From assembly GCF_009914755.1 (NCBI RefSeq), contig NC_060933.1: DNA of 64,000 nt; one strand, written 5' to 3'. This stretch comes from the human T2T-CHM13v2.0 reference genome, Homo sapiens. Positions 14,976-29,951 of the stretch are shown one piece after another. The notes under the pieces were generated by a model. That model was not told where the DNA came from. It saw only the letters and a list, made by a program, of their open reading frames with translations, and did not search any database. The position numbers were made by a program, and so were the translations under genes. Numbering within the stretch: position 1 is the first letter of the stretch; each line of letters begins with the position of its first letter.

Positions 14976-15271
14976 CCAAACAGCAAATGAGACCTTGAGC
15001 AAAGGTAAACAATCAACTCATATATGCCAACACTCCCTTGGACTAGAAAAGAATGCTGTTTGTAACTGAGGATGTAATCAGAAGAAGGTACAAGGGGTGA
15101 GCAGGACAGGCGAAGGAACGCTTCTCGGGCATCTGGCCCTCCCAGAGGAGTGTGCACACTGACAGGAAATGGACTGATGTGCCCACATTTCTCATTCCAC
15201 ATCACTGAGTGAGCCTTTGCACTCACCTACTAGGGCTTCTAATACAAAAGAACCCAACAGGTTGAACGAAC

Positions 15272-15620
15272 CAAGTGGATGAATCAAATGTGGCATATTC
15301 AAAGGAAGACTACACTGCAACAGAAAAAGGACAACAGGATGAATCTAACACATATGATGTTGAGTGAAAAGAAGCTCATACAAAAAAATGACACTGCATG
15401 ATTCCGTTTAAATGAAGTTCAAAGACAGGCAATATTAACTGTTTAAAGAAGTCAGAATGGTGTTAAACTTGGGAAGGAGGGCAGCACAGGTATAGACAGA
15501 GAGCAATGAGGAGGAACCCTTATGGGATTCTGGAAGTGGTGGCTACACGGATGTACATGAGTGTGAAAAAATCATTAAACTGTATGCTCTGTGAAGCTTA
15601 CTGTATCTGTTATCCTTCCT
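15272..15620 (+). mobile_element. L1ME-type 3'UTR fragment
   Basis: gtggatgaatcaaatgtggcatattc...ggatgaatct...tgttgagtgaaaagaagc...gaagttcaaagacaggcaa. Confidence 0.75.
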
Positions 15621-15986
15621 AATGGGAAAAAGAAGAGCACATATATTACTATTTTTAAATGTGAACGAATGAACCTAGCATTTATTCTAATCTCAGCTCT
15701 AGCAGGTTCTCTAGGTGGTCTGCAGCTTAACCAAATGTGCTCCTCAGCTGTCTCATTTATAAAATAAGGACAACTGTACTCATATTCTACCACCTTTGGG
15801 AATGTGATAAGGAAACAAATAATAAGCCGTGAGGTCTCTTAAAATCCTAGGTGGAAAAGTCACATACAAAATATGTAAAATAAACTGCATTACAGCTGTT
15901 TCACAAAGATCTATGCAAATTATGTTACCATCATGCTTGGTTTCTAATCCTAATAGATGCCTTTTTAAAAGAAAGAAATAATTCTG

Positions 15987-16286
<300 letters not shown>

Positions 16287-16679
16287 GGAAGGGAGGGAGG
16301 GAATTTTGAAGAAAACAGTAACTTTCCACTACCCAAAAACAAGTATAAAGTAAAAAAGTTCACCCAGTACTAAAGTAATTTTTCAAATCCATCACTCACT
16401 GAGGTGGTAGGACAAGAGTTGTGGGCTGAGCCTTTGGTCTACGTTTGGCAGATACTCCCATCTGATTAGCGGAACGCTTCAATGACTGCTGATTTAAAAG
16501 GCCAGATGCTAGTCCTGCATGGTACTGCAACTGCAGAGAAAAACAAAACAAAAGGGGAAGAAAAATAGCATTTGGTAAAAGTAGGACAAATGGTATTAAA
16601 CTAGCAATGCTTGATAATCTTATCCCCTTAGAACATTTTAAGTAACTTCAAATACAACTGCTCACATTCTGCTTCAAGG

Positions 16680-16990
16680 AATTTACCCATAAAAAGATAA
16701 TCAGACAAACAGGAAACAAAACAAGAACAAGACTGTTCATCACAGCATTACCTCATGATGAAAAACTGGAAGCAGTCGGAATGTCCAACAACTGACTGTG
16801 AAATTGATTAAAATAGAGAAAGAACTTCACAACACCATTTTGTTGAATTAAAAGAAAAAAGGTTCCATTGTAAACAGAGAGGCACTTTAAAAAATGTTCT
16901 CTAAAATGCTAACTGTATTTTTCAGTAGTAGAATTCGAGTGATTTTTACTTTCTTCTTTATTTTTGACTACTATTCATATGCTTTATGTA
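16680..16990 (+). mobile_element. L1ME-type fragment
   Basis: ggaatttacccat...gactgttcatcacagcatta...aaaaactggaagc...aaaatgctaac. Confidence 0.55.
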
Positions 16991-17534
16991 AATGGTTTTA
17001 AAGCCTACGTAATTTTTTAATAAGAAAATCCAGAGGTTTTCCTTAGAGACAAAGTTAGTTCTGGGAAGTCTTGCTACCACCATATCTTGCTTATAATAAA
17101 AACCACAGAATTTGTAGTCTACCGCAGTACACCATGACCACGACATGGCTTATCATACACAGATTCAAACATACTATCAGTCTGCATTCAGAACCACTGA
17201 GCTATCTTTTCAATGGTTAAATTACAAATATCAATCATAAGAACAAGCTTATGAATATATCTTACAACAATGTATACAAATGGATATAGGCTCATTGAAA
17301 AGAATCGAATGGAGAAGCCAATTTCAAGTCCATGGACATGCAATTGGAACAATGTCATGGAGGTAAGGAAGCAGCATGCTTTAAATGTGTCTGGTGCCAG
17401 CATCCCTTACTTGATCCCTGGACAAACTGCTGAGCTTCATGGTGACTTAGGATAGATAACTTTACTTCTCTATACTTCAGTTTCTTATTGGGAAAGAGAA
17501 ATGATACTGCCCAGTTCTAAACCAAACAAAACTT

Positions 17535-17720
17535 TGAATTCTAATTTACGTAAAATATAATATGCACATTTAAAGTGAACAGTTTAATGAGTTTTGACAA
17601 ATGTATATACCTGTATAACTACCACCCCAAGCAAGACAAAGCAACTTTCCATCATTACAGAAAGCTCATTTGTGCCCTAACGCAGTCAATCCCCTTAGCA
17701 CCTAACATCAGGAAATTCTG
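17535..17720 (-). mobile_element. L1M 3' end, antisense
   Basis: ttaaagtgaacagtttaatgagttttgacaaatgtatatacctgtataactaccaccc. Confidence 0.75.
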
Positions 17721-20700
17721 ATTTAAAATATAACTCATCATTCTCACTCCTTGCTAAATGAAGTTTATATCCAATTTGACGTGTGACAATAACTTTTAGC
17801 TTCCCTTTCTAATTCTATACTTTTGTATTTTAGATCATAAGAGTTGTCATCAATATCGCTATAATAAAATTATCCTTGAAAGGTATCCCAATTTTGAGCA
17901 GATGTAAATAAAAGATTCACATGTGAAAATGCCAAGCTAAGAACTTGGATAGAGACCATTTATAACATCCAATATGTTTCTTCCTCTCTTCTCAGATTAA
18001 GCAAGGTCTTTCAAACATTTATTTAGAATTATCTAAACATACAAATAGTAATTCATTCTAAAGCTCTGAATCAATTTCTTCTCAAAATGCTCTTCCAAGG
18101 CACAGATTTTCTTTGCCGAGTCAGCTGCATTACAGCTCACGGTAATGAAACTGGCGACCACCATATAAAAGGGGCTGGGCCTTGGATGCAAAGGGCAATA
18201 ATGTTCTGAAAAATAAATGGCCTCACCTAAAGCCATAGGGCTGCATGCAAATAGAGAGCAAAGACAACAAAACCAATTGAAATGATCTGCTCCTGGAAAG
18301 TGGCTATAAAAATGAGGCTATCCAGTGATCCAGTATGACAGAAGTATCTGTGTTTGGAGCATCTGTACTGCTTTTTAACAGGCTCTTGATTTACTTGGTC
18401 GATTTGCTGTGGGAGCCTTACAGGTGCCCAATACAAGACAAACATACATCACATTCATAATAAAGATGGAGCTCTTTTCAGGGTAGAAAGGGGGGAGCAT
18501 AATTTGGCTCTAACAACTCATCTTAGACCAATGAATTTTGCTCAAATTTGTTTTTTTCCTACAGATTTCTTAAATGGGAAATCAATGGAGGCAAGGGACA
18601 GTACAAGTTTGAAAGACAATGTTTCAAAATGTCAGCTACTTGGGTTTCGATCTTCCCTGCCAGAATTTGCAATGAGTGCAATATGCATGGGGCTTTATGG
18701 AATTACAGGGAAAGACAGCTTGGCAGGGGCCTCCTCCTGGCTCAAGGAATCGACTCTCCTTTTGGCTTTCCTCCTTTGTATTTACTAGGGTCCATGCAAG
18801 TTCAGCCATTCCAGCCCTGCTGACTCTTTGAGTGGAGGAGGCCTGCTAACTATGCAGAGTGGCAGGGTGATTTTGCCCACCCGGCATCATTTTGATCATT
18901 TGCTCAAACAAACAAACAAACAAAAACCCAAAACAGCAGAAATGTACGCTAACTGCTATCTGTCTTTTAAAGGGTTCCTCTGAAACCTCAACCATCTTGG
19001 ATGCTCTCAGTGTACAGTGCACCTCTAACAGCACACATAGGTGGAAGGACTCTTCTTCCCCCAAAACAAAATCTGCCCTTGAGAGCTGACTCATAAGGAT
19101 TAAGCAGCACTTGTTAATCATATATATGTATCCCAGTTTCCAGGAACACGGCTCTGACTGTCAAGATCTATAAGGGGCCCATTAAATATTTACTGAACCA
19201 CCTTTATAATGGGAGAAAAGGTCAAAGTTAATAAAACTGACAGGCAGCTCCTGTCCAACTGGATTATACATTATTTAAGCACCAAAACTCCATTCCATGC
19301 AACACAGTTTAGATCTGAAGAGGCTCCTGGAAAATGTTCACTCAGCCAATGGTTCTAAAACAGCAGAAGGGAGTTCAGAGTGAATCTACAAATTAACATT
19401 AGAAACATATAACTCCCCAAAATACCGCCATAAGTTCTCAATTACAGGTTCTGTAATATTTTCTATAAAAATATATTTCAATAAACATACTTCTCTCCAA
19501 ATGTCTGCAGCATGGAAACAAGTCTATTTCAAAAAGCAACTTATCAAAGTTCTATTGTGATTTTTCTATCAAAGATCCTCCACTAACCGGGAGGAATAAA
19601 AATGAAAGAAGGAGAGAAATGATCTATTCTTTTAACTTTCATATCTTACAAGTGCGGGGAATGGGAGTGTTTATGTGCTGAGTTGGAGGGGAAGGTTCGT
19701 GATTTACTGTTAAGTTACTGCTCCACAGGAACAGCCATTTCCGTGTTGCAGTGTTCTCTGGATTTTTTAGAGTATTTCTCTCAGTTACAATTTCACTATC
19801 CATTAATTTCCACTTTCTATTTTCTATGAATGACCTAGGATTTTTCTATCAGTTCTCAACCTAAAGCCCTTTCTAACCAATTATATCTACTAATTACCTC
19901 TATACCTGAGAAAATTTTAACAATTAATAATGGTCTGAGGAAAGACCAATTAAAATTAGGAAAACTTTGATCTACTGAATCGTTTTTAAAATAATGCTGT
20001 TTTAGTCTTATTGAACACGTAAGAGGCTCCAAGTTGTCAGGCAGGGTCCTGACGAAATGTAAGTGGGAGAGGAAGCGCCTCTGTAACCAGCAGCCTCTTT
20101 GGAAATGTGCTCCTGGGCTTTGCTGCTACCAAACTGGGTGACCTTACACATCTCCTGTCCCTCTCTAGAAAATATGCATGACATTTTCTCTGAGGACCCC
20201 CAAACTCTAAAATTCAATTCCTTTGTATTTCTAAAGGTAGAAAGGTATTTGATGTGAAGGAATGTCCCTACAACATTAATACAAGAGACTTAACAAATCT
20301 TTTTCTGTTGGATAGCCAAGGTCTTTACAGAATCCTCTTTTAAAGAGTCCAAACTACTGGGAGTCCAAATTCAATTAGCTTTAATACGCTTCAAATTACA
20401 AATAACAACAAATACTGGAAGCAAATGATATAAAAGGAAATGATAAAAACAGGATTCAAATGCAAAGTTTCTGACTTAAATCTTGAGTTCAAGAAATCAG
20501 ATGAGCAATCACCCCTCTCCCGTTCATTCTCCACTTGCATGATGTCTTCTGCATTGTTCTGAATGCTTCTACCCGCCCCAAAATATTCATAGGTTAATGT
20601 TTTGCACTGGACCAAAGTTTGAAAAGAGAACAGAAGGAAATTCATCACACCGATCATGTTCAATATACTAATGAAGCCAGTGGCATTCAATTAGGCCTAG

Positions 20701-23700
20701 TACTTAAAAGCTGAAGTGTATGCTGGAGCCTCCCTGGGGTCCCTGCTACAGCATCCCATCATATGCAGCACTGCTCTACCCTTGCCATCTGGCCCGAATC
20801 CCACTTTAAGAGAACCTGACATTTGAAAACCTCAAAACTTATAAGCCAGATCAATCAAGATTTGATTCTTCTCACTATGAAAATCACTATTCCTTTCTCA
20901 AGATTCACCAAAGGCTTCTTTAAGGGTAAAGGGGAAAAAAGAGCTCTCCTGGACGTAAGTTATGATTCACTTTATTTTTTTTTAAATCACTTTGCATATA
21001 ATTACATATAAAGGCAAAGAATGGCATAGAATTAAGTTATAATAAATTCTGTCTGGCTTAGACCAGAGGACCCACAGGAGGGCAGAAGAGATCAAGGGGG
21101 TAGGGAGCCCCACCATCTCCTCTGCCAGTCACTCTAGGCCAATTTCCTTCTCCAAGCACAAAGCTCCGGTCTGTACTGGGAAAAACGCCCAGAAAAGACA
21201 GCCTTGTGTTATTCCTGGGTCTGGGAGTGAAGCTGCCACCCAGGGAGTCTTATCTCTAGGGCACAGACCTTGTTATTGATGACTCTATTCTGTACAATGT
21301 CCAGGATAGTGCATTGAATACAGGTGATGCTAATGAATTTGTCAGCTAACAAGTAGACTGGCAGATTCATGGGAATGCTGGCTTGGCTTGGCACTGCAAC
21401 CAATCTAGAACAGACTGCCTCCATCTGACAGTCCTCTTATGGCTGGCCTCTTACGAAAGCAAACACACTGCTTTCTAGGTGCTCACTGTCAAGATAGAAC
21501 CACAGAAGAAACCTTTTTTCCTCTTATTCCAGTTGCCCAGAAAGTGGGTATGTTCACAGGCTTGAGCTTGGACCAAGCTCAAAAGAAAAGGGGTCCATAG
21601 GGACTGCCCCTAGATGACTTCAAATCACAGAATTTAACAATAGAGAAAGGCCATAGTAGATGCCAATCTTCCCCCCTACCCACAACCCCATTTCACATGA
21701 GAGGAGATGCCAGCCTTAAAGAGGTCACTGACCTCAGGTCACACCATTCGCAGGAGGACGGTGGGCCATACAGGGTTTGCCTTAATAGCTCTGTCCCGCG
21801 GGGATAGGTATGCTGCATCTTTCTAACTGGAGGTACTGATGTTTATCTTCCCTTCGGCAACAGAACACAGCGATCCCCCCTGGATGAGAGCTGGCCCATG
21901 CCAAGCAGGCAGCCACGTTCCCATCACCAGCCTCTCCTGGCTCCTGCTTGTCATGATAGAACTCTTCACTCTGCCCTCCTGCAGGCGCTGAGACGTTGCA
22001 TGCTTTTCCCTCCCACTGACTCCAGTCATGTGTTAGGTGGTGAGTTTGAAGAAGTTTTAAACTCTGTTGTCTTCAAGTTTTAATATTCACAGTTAAATAC
22101 TTTAGAGAAAAGAAATCAAGAAACCATAGTTTCATCAGAAAATCTAAATTCCAGATGCACAGTGGCATGTTGAACCTTCCTAGCAGTTTTGATATGGCTG
22201 TGTCACAGAGCAGTTGTGCTTCTGTCTAACGGGTTTCTAGGAGATTCCACATGTATACTCTGTTTCTACTGAAGAATTCTCTTTGCAAATGTATGTTATA
22301 TATAATGATAGCAAGCAAGGACACCAGTGCCACTTCCCCTGTAGATCACTGACCAAAACAGCCAGAGGTGGCTGGCGTAAGTGCACTGAAAATCCTTCCA
22401 ATGTATAACAGAACACACCAAAGCCCACAGCCACAACCTAAGGACCCATGACACCTGGAACAATCCACACTGTGTACACCTGAATCAAGTCACACCCCAT
22501 ACAGCTGGGATGTGTGTTGCGACACTGCAAGGTAGGGTGCTAATCTGAGAGTCTCACATAGTCATGTTTCCCCAGACCATTAAGCTTTCAACTAGAACTA
22601 AGATTTCTGCAACATCAGGAAACTTTGTCACCACTGTGAGTTGCAAGGACCTTTGCCCCTCATTACTGAAATATGTTTTGTTTCCAGCTAATGAGAAAGA
22701 ATCATGTATTACAATAGAGTTCTGGTTCTTCTTTTGAACATAACTCCAAGCAAAAAACAGGCAAGCTTGTCTGGTATTATCTGTGCCAAGGAAAACAGCT
22801 ACAGAAAAATACCATAAATCTAATTGTTTTGCTTGGGTTTTAATCTAAATATCAGATAATGATATTAGCTTCTTTCCTCCTTTTATCTCCTAATGCTTCT
22901 TTCAAATAGCCAATAGTTTAGAAAAAAACACCTTAGACTTGAGCTTTTATGGGTAAATAATCTTTTTACTTGGTCAAAACAGCATCAATAAACCATAAGA
23001 AGGAAGCCTCCAATTTACTTGCCTATTTGTTCTCTCCTGGAAGCTCGGTTTCACAGCTCCTTCAATTACTAGGAAAGCAGGACAGCAAATCAGGGCTGCG
23101 CTTCCTGCTCCACTGTGGCATTATTTATATGCTAAATGCCATTTGAGTTTCTTTCTTCCCTACATATTAGTGCTCAAATGTCCAAACTTCAAAAGCTATC
23201 CAAGAAGTAAACAGAGACGATGGATAGCAGCCCTTTTCTTTCTTAAATATCTGTAATGGTTAGGGTTGTTTAGATTGTTCTACTGCAACTCCCCAGAATT
23301 TGCACCTTTATTAATAGGACTTTCTCCACAACTGCTCCTGTTTACACTACAGCTGTATGCATGTTATCATCCTTCAAAGGTGCCAGTCCAATAGAAGGAG
23401 AATGACTCACATATCTGAATGAATTCACTAACAAAGCAAACTAAAATGTGGCTAACAATGGAAGAAACAACCATCATAGGGATTATTTGTAAAGGGAAAG
23501 AGAAAGACAACAGAAGAAAGGGAAAAAAAGGGAAGATGAGCAGCTAAGAAAAGACAGATGAGGGTATATAAAAATTGGTGTTTTCCTGTCTCCCAGGAGC
23601 CCCCTCTCACTTCACACCAGGTGCTCACCCCATCTGCCTTGCATGGTCTGAGAGAGCAATGGACAGGGTCATAAAGAAAGATCATGTTGGAGAGTCACCT

Positions 23701-23702
23701 GG

Positions 23703-24084
23703 TGTCAGGGGTTGAACGTTTTTGTCTCCCCAAAATTCTTCTGTTTCAATACACATTGGCCTAATTCCCAATGTGATGGTATTTGAAGCTGGGGACTTTG
23801 GGAGATAATCAGGTTTAGATAAGGTCATGAGGGTGAAGGCCCCATGATGGGATTAATGCCCTTATAGGAAGAGGAAGAGGAAGAGATCAGATTTCTCTCT
23901 CTCCACCATGTGAGGATATAGCAAGAAGGTGACCATCTGCAAACCAGGAAAAGAGCCCTCACCAGACACCAAATCTGCCAGCAACTTGACCTTGGACTTT
24001 CCAGCCTTCTGAACTGTGAAAAATAAATGTTTGTTGTTTACCCCAGTCTATGGCATTTTATTACAGTGGCCTAAACTAAGACAC
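23703..24084 (+). mobile_element. MaLR solo LTR (MLT1A-like)
   Basis: cccaatgtgatggtatttg...atgggattaatgcccttat...ccatgtgagga...ttggactttccagcc...aactaagaca. Confidence 0.88.
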
Positions 24085-24699
24085 ATGGCCACTTAAGAAG
24101 ATGCAGGCCAAAAATATAAATAGGATCAATGCAAAATTTGACAACACAGTAATGAGAGCATCATGACAGATTATTGACAGGCGGTGACAATGAATGAGAA
24201 TATGCCCTCTGAAGAGGGACAACATGGTGGGCTATCTTGTTTGCCTATGTTTCTACTGGGGGAAGAAGGCCACGTCAGATGCACCATCATGTTCTTGTCA
24301 CCAGCTAAGGTTGAACCACCCCAGAATCCTTATCCATTTGCATATTATACTTCTGGACTCAAGAAAAACAGATTGTGCATCTGATCTTTCAGTTATTAAC
24401 CAAAGACAGAAGTAACAGGGAAGAATGACACATCTCAGGATTATCTTTATATTTCTACCAGAAATGTAGGACATTAGTTTTTAAACACGTACTTAAGGCC
24501 TGAATCAAAAGTCTACAAAGGAAGGCTAGAATTATGTCTGAGGTCCTAACACTGAAATCCTGTATTATAAATATTACTTTGAGCAGTCTGCGCTTGACTT
24601 CCTAGTACAAAAATCAACATCAGTGAAATTTAAATATGGAATGCAAACATTTTACTAGTCACCAAAAGTCTCCAATTAAGGCAGCTAGTGAGGGGTTGG

Positions 24700-25061
24700 T
24701 GTATTAGTCCATTTTCGCACTGCTGTAAAGATACTTCCAGAGACTGGTAATTTACAAAGGAAAGAGGTTTAATTGACTCGCAGTTCCACATGACTGGAGA
24801 GGCCTCAGGAAACTTATAATCATGGCAGAAGGCATAAGGGAAGCAAGGACCTTCTTCGCATGGCGGCAGGAGAAAGAAGCAAGCAAAGGAGGAACTTGCC
24901 AAACGTAAAACCGTCAGATCTCATGAGCACTCACTATCATGAGAATAGCATGGGGGATCCGCCCCATGATCCAATTGCCTCCCATGAGATTCCTCCCTCA
25001 ACACCTGGGGATTACAATTAGAGATGAGATTTGGGTGGGGACACACAGCCAAACCATATCA
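24700..25061 (-). mobile_element. THE1/MST-family solo LTR with 5-bp TSD gttgg
   Basis: tgtattagtccatttt...cagccaaaccatatca; gttgg at 24695-24699 and 25062-25066. Confidence 0.92.
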
Positions 25062-27241
25062 GTTGGGAAAGGGCTCCTTGAGATGTCTTAGGCCTAGTAA
25101 AAGTTGAAATCAAATGCAATGCTAGAGCCCTAATAGGCACTTGAGCATTTACTGACATACAATACTTTATTGGTTTTTCTTTCCAAACATTCATAGGTGA
25201 GGCATGGGGGAAGAACTAAATATTCCCATATAAGAAATATGACCCTGAATATTTCTCTTTTTCCCCCCCAAAAGAAAACAGATGGTTTTCAACTAAGCCA
25301 TGAGTACAATGAGAACCATCACTGTACATTTCTATGTCTCAGTTCTAAACACTGAATTCTAAGCATCAGTCACTCATTGCCAAGGTATCCAGTCAATAAA
25401 CTAATAAACATGATTTTTTGAAAATTGCCAATCTGATATTTTATAAACTTCTTCTTTTATGGGTAGTGTGAAAAAGGGATGGCTTCTCAGAAGAGAAAAA
25501 TGAGTTTCTATGCGCCTCCTAGTCCATTTAGATTTAGCTGGAGAGTTTATTTAGCTCTTCTTTATTCCAGTGTCATGAAATGCCTGTTTCTGCTTTAAGC
25601 ACCATTTTCATTATGGTCAGATGCAGCCCCATTAGCCTCCTTGGCTTCCCTCCATAAACCAACAGTCTGCTGGGAGACACCTGGCTACAAATCAGGGATT
25701 TGATCAGCCATCCCCTTACTCCCTGCTTACTGGGGATATACAGTCAGAAGAGGCAAGGAAGAAGGAAAGACAGTGAAGAGAAACTCACACGGAAGGAGAC
25801 AGGAAAACAGGGAGCCATATAATCACTGACTGGAAAAAGATATATGATGATGATGTCAGAAAAACAAAAAAGTATAGGAGTGGAAGTGAGACAGCTGCTT
25901 AGTTAGGAGGCATGCAAGAACAGAAATCAGGAAATAGGAGAGAGCTCTTAAGAAGGAATTTTTTTTTATTGATCATTTTAACAACTGCATTGTCCTTTTG
26001 GGAACAGGAAGAACAAGGCGTGGTGGCTCAGGACTACGAGGAGGCAACGGGTCCAAGGAGGCACCTGCTTTCCTTTGTACTTGGCCATGAAGCAGCAAAG
26101 GCTGACACTCTGGAGGCAGTGTGGCCCAATGCACAGAAGATGGAGCCTTGCAGTGAGATGGCCCTGAGTTCAAACCCCAGCTCAACATGAGTGATTCTGG
26201 GTGTTTTTCCTCCCTTCTGAGCCACTTTCTTTATCAGCTCAATAAGAAAGGCAACGTTCAATCTTGTAAGGAGAGAGTTGTCTTTGCGTTTATTGGGCAC
26301 ACTCCCTAAGGCAGGCTTTAAAAGTGCCTTTTCCCTATCTCACAACAAATCCATGGGGGGCAGTATTGTTGGCCTCCTTTTACAGATGAAGAATGGTTGT
26401 TGTTGGAATTTGGCGGTATAATGTGTGCAAAAGCCTTAAGCACAGTGTCCAGCACACTGCAAACAGGCAAAAAGAGCTGTTCTTGTGATTTTCCCAAGTG
26501 CCATACCTAGAAATTCGCTTCCTCCAATAACACCAGGAATGACTGAATTTTCACAAAATTGATGAGAATGATCACCTTTTAAATCAAATCCTGTCACCCT
26601 AAGCATGTCAGATAATAAATTGATAAATGTAATGAGAAAATAGGAAAAATGTACCCACTAGGTCGTTCTAAATGAGTAGCTATATTGAGAAGGAAATCTA
26701 ACTCAGAATTCTTCTCATACAACTGTGGAAGACAATCTATTACAAGACGATACCTCTTGGCATCATCAAATCCTAAGGACAATCGTCTAAGGCCTGCAGA
26801 AACAAGGTAAGTGCTCTAAATGAAAGGCAATCCCGAGGATTAGTTGGACAGCTCCTTCTAATATACTGTAGAAATTGTTCTTTTTAATCTACACACAACC
26901 TAAATGCCCAGAAAGTTGGCTCAAGCTTGACACGTGAAATAATCAGGTTAAGGAGTGCTTCTTAGGCATCTAGCAAAGCATTCGGTACTAGAAGATCAAA
27001 GTCTCTCTCCAGACTCCCACAGCACTCTATTTCTGTCGGTCTGTTTAAATTCTGATTGTGATTATCTACACACAGGAAGTATGAGAAAAGGTAATGCAGG
27101 TGGAAGCCTGTGTGTCAGGATTTTCCCACATAAATACAGGACTACGGCTTTTCCCCTTGGAAGGAAAAAAAAAAAGCTAAAGTCATACATATTAACAATG
27201 GGCATGTTTTTGGTTTAAAAGAAACAACAGATTAGAGTGAA

Positions 27242-27539
27242 TTTTTTTTTTTTTTGAGACAGAGTTTTGCTCTTGTTGCCCAGGCTGGAGTGCAATGGTG
27301 TGATCTCCTCTCACCGCAATCTCTGCCTCCTGGGTTCTCAAGTGATTCTCCTGGCTCAGCCTCGCGAGTTGCTGGGATTACAGGCATGCGCCACCACACC
27401 CAGCTAATTTTGTATTTTTAGTAGAGACAGGGTTCCTCCATGTTGGTAAGGCTGGTCTCGAACTCCCAACCTCAGGTGATCTGCCCGCCTCGACCTCCCA
27501 AAGTGTTGGGATTACAGGCGTGAGCCACCGCGCCCAGCC
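27242..27539 (-). mobile_element. AluSp-like element with TSD gagtgaattt
   Basis: Sp/Sq-type text gctcttgttgcccaggctggagtgcaatgg and ctccatgttggt; gagtgaattt on both flanks. Confidence 0.93.
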
Positions 27540-27654
27540 CTGAGTGAATTTTCTACTGATCAACAAGAGCTAGGCAGAGAAAGAGTTCTACTACTCTTAA
27601 TCTAATTAAGAATGTGGGTTCATAGTCAACCATCTGGATATACAACAGAGGCCC

Positions 27655-27890
27655 TCTCCTTAACCAACTCTATGACCTTGGGAGAGTTCTTCAATTTTCT
27701 GAAGCCTTGGCTCTCTTCTACTATTGGGGATAACACTGCTACTCAATACTATCTGATTACTCTAGAAACAATCTCAGGTTTCACTGAACAAAATCATACT
27801 CTGGTTATTGGAGTTAGTGAGGGTTAAGAACATGAAAAGGGCTCAGCAAAGTGGCTGGCACAAAGCACACATTCAATAAATATTATTATG
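27655..27890 (+). mobile_element. MIR
   Basis: tgaccttgggagagttcttcaatt...tggcacaaagcacacattcaataaatattatt. Confidence 0.65.
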
Positions 27891-28739
27891 ATTAATGTTA
27901 ATCGGCTGAGATTGTTGAGCCATTAACACTTAAGCTAAGTCTTAGGAGTGACTGTGTCAATAACTGGAAGAACTTGTATCTGATGAAAAAAACCTTAGAA
28001 AAGATAGACAAGTCAAAAACAAGTCTGTTCCTGTGGATTTGGGGAAGGGGAGTGCACAGGAATGGCTGAGTCATAAGAGAGTTGAGCCTAATACGAGAAG
28101 GGCTACTCCAATGTGCATGTTCCCTACTCCAACTCCAATGATGCTCAGCAGCCTTACTCAAACTTTCCCAAATCTGCTGTGAAGAACAAGCCGAGCAACC
28201 AAAATGAGGAGCAGCAGCAGCCAGCTGGGAATGTCCAAGAAGGAATATTCACGCATCCATCACCAACCACGTCCATCCAGAGGAAGAGCCCAGATATGGA
28301 AAGTAGCCTGCTTTGGGACCAGGAGTGAGAAAATAAGAATAGGCAACTTGTGCAACACCTCATGTGTCCTTTTGGTCCTCAATACCCAATAAGTAGGCTG
28401 CCTTTCCCTTTAAGTACCTGGCAAGCAGGGAGCAGTGAAGAACTGAAGTTGCTCAAGCCAGACCAGAAGCCTTTCTGAAACACCTTTCCCAAGGCTGACC
28501 ACTGTACATGACAGTGTGGGGGTTTTTGTGTATCTACCTTTACTCTTTTCCCAAAGTGTATTCCACAAGAGCGCCGGAACTGTCTTGTACTCCATTTTAG
28601 AAGCCTTACTGGCCTAGCAGAAGGGTCTACGTGAGCATTCAATAAAAATGTGCTGAGAATGGGATGGCCTGATGGATGCAAAGCACAGTGCTGGACATGA
28701 ATGGACATACAAAGAAACCCTCTGCTTTTAGAAGGTCAA

Positions 28740-29130
28740 GATCTGCCTAGAATGTAAGCCCCGTAGGAGTAGATATCTCCCCTAGTCCTCACAGCTACAT
28801 CCCCAGTGTCCAGAACAGTGCTTGGCCTATCAATAAAAAAAATAATAATAACATTAGCTAATGTGTATACAGGACTCACTATGAACCAGGTGCTATTCTA
28901 ATTCATTTAATTAATCTGTACAACCACCCTGTGAGGTAGGTACTATTATTATCATCTCTGTTTCACAGATGAGAAAATTGAGGCACAGACGTTAAGCGGC
29001 AGGGTCAGGACTGGTATCCGGGGAGCCTGGCTCTGGGGCCCCTGCTCTGTAACCACTACACTCAACTGCCTCTCCAGGACTTAGCAGGCTCTCAATAAGT
29101 ATTTTTTAAATAAATGAGTAAATGAATACA
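28740..29130. mobile_element. L2 3' end (+) interrupted by a MIR (-, ~28845-29072)
   Basis: ctagaatgtaagccc...cagtgcttggc, then the MIR core gaggtaggtactattattatcatctctgtttcacagatgagaaaattgaggcacaga, then ctcaataagtattttttaaataaatgagtaaatgaat. Confidence 0.8.
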
Positions 29131-29689
29131 TTAGCTGGCAGGAGATAGCCTGAGGGGATGTAAGTAAACCTCAAAGTATGGTAGGAATTTGAATTCTGAA
29201 TCAACGGAGTGAGGATGGTGGGGATCTAACGACTGCTCTTATTATCCAGTTAGGACTGCAGGTTACAACAAGCACAGTTGTGCTCTGGTTACCCAGGTAG
29301 TAAGGGTCCACTCTGTGAGAAAGAAGAGAACGCAGGAGCCGTGTCCACAACCAGGCCTCTTAGAGACCAGAATGCAGCCCACCGCAGCCCAACTGCTCCA
29401 GCAGCTTCCGGCCATTTGCCCTACTCAGCTTCTGGGATTCGGATTCTTCTGGGCTGCTTCTTCCAACTCCACCACAATCAACTCCTCCTGACTCGCCTCT
29501 GCTCTCTCTGGGACTCTGCCTGCTGCAGCCTGAGCAGGCACACTCGTGTGCACACACCTTTTCACCCACTCACTGCCTTCTGATGCTTCACACCCAGAAC
29601 AGAGGAAGGGCCAAGAATCTGCCAGTACACAGCCATAATTCCCTAGCACAGTATAAAATGTATAAAAAGTTCTGAACATCTAAAGCCTT

Positions 29690-29951
29690 CTCATCGATGT
29701 AGGCGCCAAAACTCATGTGGCAGCAAAACCTGACGTGAACTGATGTGAGTCTATTTAAACCTTAATTTATCTCACTTAGTGTGAATAGTCATACATTTTG
29801 CTGCACAAAATTTGATTACAGGGTACTGCTCCAGACCCTGCTGGAGAAATTAATGGTATATGAGCCATGCTACTTTTCTATAATATAAAATGTTGTAAAA
29901 TCCAAAACACATTCAGATGCCCAAAGCTTTGATAAGGAGCTGTGAACCTGT
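29690..29951. mobile_element. MER46C-like TcMar-Tigger remnant
   Basis: ggcagcaaaacctgacgtgaactga...tttatctcacttagtgtgaata...gataaggagctgtgaacctgt. Confidence 0.7.

Noticed and set aside
15227-15238. 12-nt minus-strand microexon (ttgtattag|AAGCCCTAGTAG|gtgagt)
   Set aside because: The acceptor region abuts an antisense L1 remnant and nothing else supports it; such pairs arise by chance.
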